A stretch of 64,000 nucleotides of DNA from Planctomycetota bacterium. Lineage in GTDB: Bacteria; Planctomycetota; UBA8742; UBA2392. The stretch lies in contig JACKIE010000001.1 in the NCBI GenBank assembly GCA_020638635.1, positions 175,970 through 239,969 of the forward strand, given 5' to 3'. This document shows, piece after piece, positions 37,981 through 46,455 of the stretch (position 1 is the first letter of the stretch; each line of letters begins with the position of its first letter). The position numbers and the translations under genes are program-made. The notes beneath the pieces were generated by a model, which saw only the letters and a program-made list of their open reading frames with translations, searched no databases and had not been told where the DNA came from.

Positions 37981-38766
37981 CTACTGCTGCTCGTCTTGAA
38001 CGGGCTTGCGAGTTGGCCTTATCAGGACGACATAGACGAGTTCGTCTTCCGTCATGCCGGTAACGACGAGAATCTTGCCCTCCGACAGCTTGCCCTGACA
38101 CTGCAGGTGCTTGGAGTAGAGGAACGGAGACTTGACGAGAACTGGCCTTCCACCGGCGTCCATCTCTTTTTCAGGCATCGGCTGCGTCTGGTCCAAAAGT
38201 TTGAGATCCAGACTCAGGTACATGGTTGAATCATCCACCTCTGTTGCCATCAATCCGATCATGCACGACGCCAGTTCATTCCCTATCTCGTTGGGATGGC
38301 GCTCGACGGCCTGCAGCCCGTTCTGCATCCCGTAGACGCCCCTGAAGCCGCTGGCGTAGGAAACTTGGGGCGTAACAGCGAGCACCCCCTCCTGCCCGTT
38401 TGCCGCTGTGATCGATGGAACGGCCAGAACCTTCAGTCTGCGGCGCTGAATCTCAACTATCTTTTTGTTCACACCGGGCCAGGAGGTTTCCCACGCATCG
38501 CTGCTGTCAACCGCCGGACCGAAGAACTCCGCAACCTCGTCCCGGGGACCGTAAACGATTCGCATCTCGATTTCGTACTGGCTCTCCACAGCAGCGTCAG
38601 GCGCCGCGTACTGCGGCAGGTCTTCAATGGCCTGTTGATCGGGCTCTTCGCTGAAACTCACTTCGAACTCCGGCACCGGTTCCAGCACAACTGGCTCAAC
38701 CGTCGGCCTCGATGCGCAAGCAGCCAATAGCCCAACAGCCGCAATCAGCGCGGGAAGCACCTTCAT
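37981..38766 (-). CDS. hypothetical lipoprotein, paralog B
   Basis: ATG at 38764-38766 ([36 protein letters not shown]...), GGAG 8 nt upstream. The upstream leader (ccccttggagacatac) mirrors that of paralog A (cccctcggagacaatc). The track start 38958 is over-extended. Confidence 0.5.
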   Translation of the reverse strand: MKVLPALIAAVGLLAACASRPTVEPVVLEPVPEFEVSFSEEPDQQAIEDLPQYAAPDAAVESQYEIEMRIVYGPRDEVAEFFGPAVDSSDAWETSWPGVNKKIVEIQRRRLKVLAVPSITAANGQEGVLAVTPQVSYASGFRGVYGMQNGLQAVERHPNEIGNELASCMIGLMATEVDDSTMYLSLDLKLLDQTQPMPEKEMDAGGRPVLVKSPFLYSKHLQCQGKLSEGKILVVTGMTEDELVYVVLIRPTRKPVQDEQQ

Positions 38767-38905
38767 GTATGTCTCCAAGGGGAAAGTGCGGGGCTTGCCC
38801 CGGCATGCTATGCGCGGGCGCCGGGCGCGCCAAGGTTTTTCTCCCCCGTGACACTTCCGCGACCTGCGGTACACTGGGAACTGAAGTCCAACCCGGTGCG
38901 AGACG

Positions 38906-40037
38906 ATGCGCGAAGACCTGTTCGAAAAAGCCAGCCAACTCAGGGACCGAACCACCAAGCTACAGGTGTCCCTTTGACTATGACGGCCTGACGCGCAAGC
39001 TCGAGAAGCTCAACAAACAGACCGAAGTGGACGGCTTTTGGACCAACCAGGAGGCCGCGCAGAAGGTCGTCAACGAGGCCCGCAAGCTGCGCGCGCAGAC
39101 CGAGCCCGTGGGCGAGCTGGTCGCCAAGCTCGATGACATCCAGGCCATGCTCGATCTCGCCGACGAAGTCGGCGACGAGGCCACGTTCAACGAAGCCGAA
39201 AAGGCCCTGCGCGAAGCCGAGCACATCTACGAGAGAATCGAAACCCAGGCGCTGCTCAATGAACCGGGCGACGAAGGCAACTGCTTCCTGAGCGTGCAGG
39301 CCGGCACCGGCGGCACCGACGCCTGCGACTGGGCCCAGACCCTGTTCGAGATGTACATGCGCTGGGCGCGCAAGCAGGGCTACGACATCGACATCGTCGA
39401 TTACCAGGACGACGAAGTGGCCGGCATCCGCAGCGCCGCGGCGCTGATCAAGGGCCCCTTCGCGGCCGGCTTCCTGCGCGGAGAGGTGGGCACCCACCGG
39501 CTGGTGCGGATTTCACCGTTCAACGCGGCCGGCAAACGGCAGACGGCGTTCGCGAGCGTGGACGTGGTGCCGGAGGCGCTGTCGGACGAGATCGACATCG
39601 AGATCAACGAGAACGACCTCGAGCTGAACTTCAGCCGCGCGGGCGGCAAGGGCGGCCAGAACGTGAACAAGGTGGAAAGCGCGGTGCGCATCACGCACGT
39701 GCCCACGGGGATCGTGGTGAGTTGCCGCAGCGAGCGCAGCCAGCACCAGAACCGCGCGATCGGCATGGAGATGCTGCGCGCCAAGCTGTACCAGATGGAG
39801 CGCGCCAAGCGCGACGAAGAGCTCGCCAAGCTGTACGGCGCCAAGGGCGAGGTAGGTTTCGGCCACCAGATCCGCAACTACGTGTTCAACCCGTACAAGT
39901 TGGTGAAGGATGCTAGAACGGGCGTGGAAACCAGCCACGTGGAAAACGTGCTGGCCGGCGAAATCGACGAGTTCATAGAAGGCTATTTAAAATGGCACCA
40001 CGGCAAGAAAACCCAAGCCGCTAAAGCTTCCGAGTAG
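38906..40037 (+). CDS. prfB: peptide chain release factor 2 with programmed +1 ribosomal frameshift
   Basis: Frame 0 runs ATG 38906 ... tcc CTT TGA C (UGA at 38975-38977) and gives [23 protein letters not shown]. The +1 frame continues [15 protein letters not shown]... through the RF2 core (SPQ/GGQ region, ...[20 protein letters not shown]...). An SD-like AGGTG sits just upstream of CUU UGA C. The track start 38712 is an artefact of the +1 frame. Confidence 0.85.
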
Positions 40038-40088
40038 TTCCGATCAGCCCGAAAGTCGCCATAGAAGGTCGCTTGCTTTCATACGGAG

Positions 40089-41777
40089 TTAGTCATCGTC
40101 ATAACTTACATATACATCAGAATTTCCCGCTTGAAGCATCTGCTTTTCTTGCCAATCGATTCCTCCTACTCCGCTGAGATCAATAGCATCCAACGCTTCA
40201 CTTTCTGCAACAAGGCTTTTCACCAGGGCCAGATCTCCCGAGTATCTGGAGTGCGCTAGTGAAATCATCTTGATCTTCGTACAGTTGGCCAACAGCCTCA
40301 TAGTTTCGCTTCCAAGCCTGCTGCGACGCAACTCAACTACGTTGCACTCCTCTTTCAACCTAGACAACAGACTATCTATTACATCCTGATCAAGATTCAG
40401 ACAGATCAGTACTCTGATGCGCAAAGGTCCTCTACTAACCTCCTTTACTGGCCCTCGCAAGCCATCGATAGACATTTCTCGAAGCGCCGTTAGTGATCCC
40501 GTGACCTTGCTTAGATCTTCGAAAGTAATTGCGGTTCGATGCAGGGAGAGACGCCTAAGAGTGACACATTTCTGAATACTGCTCGCTAGTTGCGACGATT
40601 CCGTGTAGTCGTCTTCAATTTGCAGTTCCTCCATTTCTACGCAGCTTCGCAAATATCCCGCTTCGAAGCCGTCTATGTGGCTTAGTTGTAGTGTTTTGAT
40701 GCTATTCTTGACAATGTCCCCTTTGCCAACATTCAACGGCCACTCGGAATGCATGAGGGCTAATGAGTCCATTGACGCGCCGAGAAGCAAGTCTGCAAGA
40801 CTCTTGTTTGCCCGATTCGGAAGACCGGACAATGACACCTTAACTAGTCCTTGCCGTTGCCCAATCGCTTTCAACGAGAGAGCCACATCCTCATGTGATT
40901 CCACGCACGAGAAGTCCATATGTATACTATTGAGACTGTGGCTTGAGAGAATCTGCTCGACCAGCTTCGATGATAGGCTTGGACACCCTGCTATTCCGAA
41001 GTGACGCAATCGTTTGCAGCCCTGGAGTCTCGACAGCCCCGCAGCGGTCAGTTTGCTAGAATAGCTAATACTAATTGTTTCAATCGCAGGGTTTGCGTTT
41101 ACTATCTTTGCAATGTAGTAATCGGATAACCCAAGAACGGGCTTGCCAGCAGAGTCCGCACCCTTGTCGGGGATGGCCAACTCGATCTCTTTAATGTTTC
41201 GTAACTTGGCGAGTCCGTCGTACACGCCCGACTCCACTACTTTTCCTCCTTTGATGCTGACACATTCGACGTTAGGGCACCAAGCAATCCATGCAACCTC
41301 ATCCCTCTCAATTACACCATAGTCGATTATGGCAACTGAGCTGAAGGTAGACTTTACAAAACACTCTTTCGGAACAGTGCTGAGAGGGACCGACCAGTCG
41401 ATTTCCAACCTTTGAAGAGTGGCACAACCAATCAACGCCTCCAATCCTTCGCTAAACTGACCTTCCTCAACATCGTCAGGCAACCATTCTACGGTAACTT
41501 CTCTGAGTCTAGTGAGATTGTCTACATCTGCCTTCAACAGACGCTCCACCCCGCTTATTCTCAACTTTTCCACATCCTTAGGAAGGTTCCTGAATTGACG
41601 CTCCGATCTCACAACCATTTGTCGGGACAGTTGCAGCTCTTCTTCTTGGTTGCTTTGTCCAGGAAGTTTTTGACTCATAACGGAACTGATCAGTGCGAAG
41701 CAGACCCCTGCCAATGCACGGTGCCAAGTATCCCAGCACTTCTTGGCGCGGTATCGTTTTATGTACGGTTTTAACAT
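40089..41777 (-). CDS. leucine-rich repeat protein (RNI/cysteine-containing LRR type) in a low-GC island
   Basis: 562 aa with about 20 irregular LRR units (LxxLxLxxCxxITD-like: LQRLEIDWS, LRNIKEIELA, LRHFGIAGCPSLS, LTALREMSIDGL, ...). Coding GC is about 45% against a 68% background. Confidence 0.7.
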   Translation of the reverse strand: MLKPYIKRYRAKKCWDTWHRALAGVCFALISSVMSQKLPGQSNQEEELQLSRQMVVRSERQFRNLPKDVEKLRISGVERLLKADVDNLTRLREVTVEWLPDDVEEGQFSEGLEALIGCATLQRLEIDWSVPLSTVPKECFVKSTFSSVAIIDYGVIERDEVAWIAWCPNVECVSIKGGKVVESGVYDGLAKLRNIKEIELAIPDKGADSAGKPVLGLSDYYIAKIVNANPAIETISISYSSKLTAAGLSRLQGCKRLRHFGIAGCPSLSSKLVEQILSSHSLNSIHMDFSCVESHEDVALSLKAIGQRQGLVKVSLSGLPNRANKSLADLLLGASMDSLALMHSEWPLNVGKGDIVKNSIKTLQLSHIDGFEAGYLRSCVEMEELQIEDDYTESSQLASSIQKCVTLRRLSLHRTAITFEDLSKVTGSLTALREMSIDGLRGPVKEVSRGPLRIRVLICLNLDQDVIDSLLSRLKEECNVVELRRSRLGSETMRLLANCTKIKMISLAHSRYSGDLALVKSLVAESEALDAIDLSGVGGIDWQEKQMLQAGNSDVYVSYDDD

Positions 41778-41927
41778 AAGACATGACCAGATTCTGAAGA
41801 GCTCATGGCCACCTTCTCGCGAGTTCGACTACGTCTGGAGATCAGGACCAGTTTACATTTTGAGCTGACCCTAGAACGCTTGCGACATGGCCCGAGGACG
41901 GAGTTCACCACGAGTTTTTCATAAATA

Positions 41928-43427
41928 CTACTTTACACAGACAACATAACCCATCCATTCGTACATAACATTAAGCTTGTATCGCAAGCTGCATATTGCC
42001 CAGCCATCTGGAGCTTTTTGTTTGTCAAGTTCGATGGTGGCATTTTCAGCTTCACTAACTTTTGGGATTGGCTGGCCTTTGTCGTAATACGGCGGGAACT
42101 CGGTTACTGAATGCACTGTTTCATAGTACATATCCGTTGCTTTGATCTCTAATCCCATGTAATGGGTTTCTATGGCTCGTCTGCAAGGCGTGCGGCAGTT
42201 TAACCCCATCTCGGAAAGAAAATAACTGATGTGTTGCTGCCACGCCTGATCAACGGCAGTCGGTACGAGTTTTGTATCAGTAAACTGTTTAGCGATGGCG
42301 TCCTGAAGCTGTTTTTCAATCTCTTCTGCAGCCGGGGAGCCTCTTTCCGGACTCAGCGGAGCAGGAGGCGTGTACAATCCTCGATGCTGTAAAACAGCCG
42401 CCCAGACCGCGTCACACGCCATCGACAATACTTCATCCACCTTGTCCTTTACATCCTTTGTAATGGGAATCGCATAGTCCTTGAAAAGCATGTCAAGTTC
42501 AAAGCCACTGGCAATCCATGCGAATTGCCTGGCTCGACAATCCTCTGTGGTACCGAGATACAAGTCGCGGACTTGCTTCCCCTCTTTCGTTGCTTTGCTA
42601 ACCGCATCTTGATGGGGCTTCGCTAAATCTCGATAGGGCTTCTTCAACCGTTCCCCCGGGGGACGATCCGGATCTGGCTCGACAAAGTCACTTCTTTTGC
42701 CTTTTTCTGTTGGGAGGCTGGGACCTTGCTGTCCGGCTTCAATCTTGAATGGAGAGAGACCACTCCCCGGCTCCTGCGGTGATGGATCGGGAAGTACAAT
42801 TGGTTTATCAAGGTCTTTACGTCCCTGCCCGGGGCCGTATGGAAAGCGGGACTTGCGCTCGTCGTGGCGGATGGGAGGAACCGGCGCTGGTAAATCACCG
42901 CCACGTTTCTCACCCCTCTCTCTATCTTCCTGCAGAAACACCGGTGGTAGCACTTCACCGGCACTGGTTTGGGCAAGGGTGTAGTTTCTTATCGCGCCTT
43001 CTTTGGGCTGTGTGCTGCCGAGGATGTCGCCAAACAACAATGCGGAGGTGTTTATGAGCTGCGGGTACTGACGCGTGTACTTGATCTGTGTTGTCTCCGC
43101 GGGGGCGGGGTGGCCGGTGATAAGCTCCGCGGACTCCGTGTCTCCGATCGGCATGCGCTTGTTCTTCAGCGTCACACCGGCGCTCGGAGCAATGCCCAAG
43201 TCAGCCGATGATTGAAGTGCACTGCCGCCCGGCATGTACTCGGGGCCGAAGGCGCCTTGGTTCATCATTTCGGTCAGGGCTTTGGCCTGATCCATCCAAC
43301 TTTGGCCGCCGAACTCCTCTTTCAGGAATTCCTCGCCTGCCATCACCTGTGGACGGCCATTTTGCAGGATGTACGTCACGCCTTTGGGGGCGCAGTTGTT
43401 GCATTTTTTGACAGTCTCTTCGTTCAT
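41928..43427 (-). CDS. hypothetical protein, 499 aa, intermediate GC with an AT-rich 3' third
   Basis: Start chosen at the ATG at 43425-43427 (MNEETVKKCNNCAPKG...). The longer track ORF would overlap the upstream gene by 318 nt through an Arg-rich extension. I recognise no family. Confidence 0.4.
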   Translation of the reverse strand: MNEETVKKCNNCAPKGVTYILQNGRPQVMAGEEFLKEEFGGQSWMDQAKALTEMMNQGAFGPEYMPGGSALQSSADLGIAPSAGVTLKNKRMPIGDTESAELITGHPAPAETTQIKYTRQYPQLINTSALLFGDILGSTQPKEGAIRNYTLAQTSAGEVLPPVFLQEDRERGEKRGGDLPAPVPPIRHDERKSRFPYGPGQGRKDLDKPIVLPDPSPQEPGSGLSPFKIEAGQQGPSLPTEKGKRSDFVEPDPDRPPGERLKKPYRDLAKPHQDAVSKATKEGKQVRDLYLGTTEDCRARQFAWIASGFELDMLFKDYAIPITKDVKDKVDEVLSMACDAVWAAVLQHRGLYTPPAPLSPERGSPAAEEIEKQLQDAIAKQFTDTKLVPTAVDQAWQQHISYFLSEMGLNCRTPCRRAIETHYMGLEIKATDMYYETVHSVTEFPPYYDKGQPIPKVSEAENATIELDKQKAPDGWAICSLRYKLNVMYEWMGYVVCVK

Positions 43428-43501
43428 GGCGGGCTCCGGGTCCGGGCTTACGTTCGGTGCTTTGCGCCGTCCTCGCCCTTCCGGGCGGGGCTGGCGCTGT
43501 G

Positions 43502-44458
43502 CTACCCGCCTCCGCAGTCCGCCACGGTTGTGAAGTTGCGGATGATGCTCAGAGCACCCTGGCTGCCCACCGCCACGCCGGCCGGCATGCTTACCCACAC
43601 GTCGATGCCCGGCTGCATACCCGGCGATCCCGGGCCGCCCGCGTCCGGGTTGTAAATCCCCTGCACCACCCGCTTGTTGAAGGGGTTGCTCATCTGCTGC
43701 CGGGGCAGAATGCCGGTCACGCCCCGCGTGGGACCCTTCCCGCCGTCGTCGCCCGTCACCATGAAATAGATGTATTCGCCGTCGAGGCCGCTCTTGTTGA
43801 TGAAGTCGTTGACCAGCCATGGCGTGCCGTTGAAGGAGTCCACACTGCCCGGGCCCATGCGGCGCTTGTCAGGATGATACCACGTCCAGGGCTCGCGCTC
43901 AGGCTTAAAACCGGCCGCGCGGCACAGGCTGCGGTAGGTGCGCAGGCCGCGCTTGCTGCTCATGATCAGGGTCGGGCGCCCGGTGCCAGCGACTACGCGC
44001 TCGTAAGCGTCGTCGAGACAGTCCAGGGTTAGCGCCCCGGCCGCCATGTCCACGATGCGGCTGGCGTCGCACAGGGTCACCAGTCCGGTCGCGGTGTTCA
44101 CGATCCACTGGGCGTAGGCGTACAGCACCTGCCGCTTGGCGATGGCGTACCGGGCCGCATCGAGCTGCGTGGGAAACTGCACGCGGTCAAGGTCCACGCC
44201 GCAGATGGCATAGCGCGCGATGAAGTCGAGCAAGCTGAAGGTCGCCTGCGAAACCGTGGGCAGGGCTTCGGTGACCTCGGTGCAGTCGCTCTTGACAGAC
44301 GCCGGGGTGAGTTCGGTGGCGCGCGGATAAGTGAGCGACTGGCCGTCCACGCCCTGCCAGGCCCAGTAGTCCAGAAACGGGATTGCAACCGGCGAGTTTT
44401 CCACCAGCCAGCGGGCAACAGGACTGTCGCCCAGCAGGAAGGCATTGGACAGCGGCAT
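43502..44458 (-). CDS. phage major capsid protein E (lambda gpE)-like protein, orphan
   Basis: ATG at 44456-44458 with GGAG 6 nt upstream. 318 aa. Block ...TLIMSSKRGLRTYRSL... parallels the lambda gpE ...TMVLGNTQARGLRTYGCI... block. The N-terminal MPLSNAFLLGD resembles the gpE-family N-terminus. Native GC. Confidence 0.35.
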   Translation of the reverse strand: MPLSNAFLLGDSPVARWLVENSPVAIPFLDYWAWQGVDGQSLTYPRATELTPASVKSDCTEVTEALPTVSQATFSLLDFIARYAICGVDLDRVQFPTQLDAARYAIAKRQVLYAYAQWIVNTATGLVTLCDASRIVDMAAGALTLDCLDDAYERVVAGTGRPTLIMSSKRGLRTYRSLCRAAGFKPEREPWTWYHPDKRRMGPGSVDSFNGTPWLVNDFINKSGLDGEYIYFMVTGDDGGKGPTRGVTGILPRQQMSNPFNKRVVQGIYNPDAGGPGSPGMQPGIDVWVSMPAGVAVGSQGALSIIRNFTTVADCGGG

Positions 44459-44697
44459 GGTTTCTCCAAAGAGATCGGTGAGTAGACCGGGGAAACGAAG
44501 TCTAGCCCGCCACATGGAGACCAGCAAACGTTTTTGTTTTTTTATTCCAGTTGTTGCACTGTATTACACACTATTTTGAGCTACTCGATTTTCTGCCCCG
44601 GCTACCCCGCTCCCGGCCGTAACAGCCTTATGGACGGCGCTGGAATGCGGCGCGGGTTCGGGTATGATTCCGGTCCCCTTGCTCGACTGGAGGCTTC

Positions 44698-46455
44698 ATG
44701 CTGCGGCGGCTTTCGTTGCTTGTGGTGGCTGTTTCCGGCCTGCTGGCGCTCCAGCTTGCCTCCGTGGCTCAGCCCGCCCCTGCGCCCGCCGCGGAAGTCG
44801 GCAACACGCTGCGAATCGCATTCGCGCCCAACGAGTCGCCCTCGCTTGACCCACACTGCATCCGCGACCCCCTCAGCTTCCGGCTGGTCGCCACGGCCTA
44901 CGAAACCCTGTACATGTACGCGCCGGGCCCTGCGACGGGCTCAGGGCAGGCCCGTGTGGTGCCCTGCCTGGCAAAGGACTTCCCCAAAGTGTCCGAAGAC
45001 GGCCTGACCGTCACCATCAAGGTGGACACCAGCGCCAAGTTCCACTCCAGCGTCTGCTTCGGCGAGGCGCGCACGCGCAACCTGAAAGCCAGCGACTTCG
45101 TCCACAGCTTCAAGCGCATGGCCGTGTTCAAGGAACAGGGCATGTACTGGATGGCCACCGGGCTGATCAAAGGCCTCGATGAATACGGCGCGACGGCCCG
45201 CGACCAGATGCTCTACGAAACCACTGACACCAAGGTGGAAGGCCTGGAGGCGCCCGACGACGAGACCCTGGTATTGAAACTCACCCGCCCCTTCGGACCC
45301 ATCGTCACCCTGCTGGCGCACCCCACCTTCTGCGCCGTGCCCCGCGAAGCCATGGACCATTTCAGCGGCCTGCTGCGCGAGCGCGCGGTCGGCACCGGCC
45401 CCTACCGGCTGAACGCCGTGGCCGAAAACAAGCTGTACCTGTTCAAGCGCTGGGACGACTACCGCGGCGAAAAGGCCGCGTTCGAGCGCGTGACCTTCAC
45501 GGTGCGCAACTTCTGGAACGAGTTCCTGAACGGCTACACCTCGGGCACCCTGCACGAGATGCCGGTCTGGGCCAGCTACTACGACCGCATCGCCAAGGAA
45601 GGCAAGCCCGCCGGCGCGCTGGAAGGGACCAGCACCGAGATCATAGAGGAAGACGAGCACGGCTATTACTTCCTGGCCTTCAACATGCAGGACGAGTTGT
45701 GGGGCGCCATGGACGCCGACGGCCGCGCCCTGCGCCGCGCCGTCAGCCTGTGCATTGACCGCGAAGAGCTGCTGGTGAACGCGGGTTTTGACCGCAAGTG
45801 GTCATCTCCGCAGGCTGAGCTGTTCCCGGCCGGCATGGAGTTCGAGGACGCGGGCAAGGGGCTCGAGTTCGGCAAGCAGGACCTGGACGCCGCCAAGAAG
45901 GCCCTGGAAGGCAGCAAGTACAAGGGCGGCAAGGACCCGGCCACGGGCAAGGCGCTGACGCTGACCTTCCTGACCACTGACGCCGGGATCTACGAGCAGA
46001 TCGCCAACAGCCTGCGAACCGGGCTGAAGGCGCTGGGGATGCGGCTGGACGTGCATTACGTGGATTCGTCGGAGCTGCGCGACATGACCAATACCGCCGA
46101 AGAGCAGCTGCTGGTGGCGGGCTGGTTCCTGGATTACCCGGACCCGTTCAATTACCTGCAGTTATTCTGGAGCGCGAACGCAGCCAACGGCGAGGAGTTC
46201 AACAACCACGCGCGCTACAAGTCGGCCGAATTCGACAAGCTGTTCGGTGAGTACGAGAAGCTGCAGGCCACGGAGCAGAACGCGGTGCAGCGCCGCGAGC
46301 TGGTGGCGGCCATGGGGCGCGAGATCGCGAAGGACCAGCCGATCATCCCGCTGATCCGCCGCCGCAGCGCGCGCATCCGCAGCACGCTGGTGGAATGGCC
46401 CGCCATGCCGCGGCAGACCTTCAACGACATCCGCTTCGCAAGGGGAAAGAAATGA
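44698..46455 (+). CDS. ABC transporter substrate-binding protein, family 5 (DppA/OppA-like)
   Basis: Signal peptide, 585 aa, typical SBP_bac_5 length and blocks (YRLNAVAENKLYLFKRWDDY..., ...GWFLDYPDPFNYLQLF...). Confidence 0.8.
   Translation: MLRRLSLLVVAVSGLLALQLASVAQPAPAPAAEVGNTLRIAFAPNESPSLDPHCIRDPLSFRLVATAYETLYMYAPGPATGSGQARVVPCLAKDFPKVSEDGLTVTIKVDTSAKFHSSVCFGEARTRNLKASDFVHSFKRMAVFKEQGMYWMATGLIKGLDEYGATARDQMLYETTDTKVEGLEAPDDETLVLKLTRPFGPIVTLLAHPTFCAVPREAMDHFSGLLRERAVGTGPYRLNAVAENKLYLFKRWDDYRGEKAAFERVTFTVRNFWNEFLNGYTSGTLHEMPVWASYYDRIAKEGKPAGALEGTSTEIIEEDEHGYYFLAFNMQDELWGAMDADGRALRRAVSLCIDREELLVNAGFDRKWSSPQAELFPAGMEFEDAGKGLEFGKQDLDAAKKALEGSKYKGGKDPATGKALTLTFLTTDAGIYEQIANSLRTGLKALGMRLDVHYVDSSELRDMTNTAEEQLLVAGWFLDYPDPFNYLQLFWSANAANGEEFNNHARYKSAEFDKLFGEYEKLQATEQNAVQRRELVAAMGREIAKDQPIIPLIRRRSARIRSTLVEWPAMPRQTFNDIRFARGKK

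Noticed and set aside
38712-38905. Upstream part of track ORF 38712..40037 as the prfB start
   Set aside because: Its N-terminal translation ([32 protein letters not shown]...) is not RF2-like and overlaps the lipoprotein gene on the other strand. The CUU UGA C frameshift site and an RF2-like frame-0 N-terminus from 38906 explain the gene.
43428-43820. 131-aa N-terminal extension of the 41928..43820 ORF
   Set aside because: Arg/Gly-rich, overlaps the capsid-like gene's 3' end by 318 nt and runs at native GC. The internal ATG at 43425-43427 starts the compositionally distinct protein.
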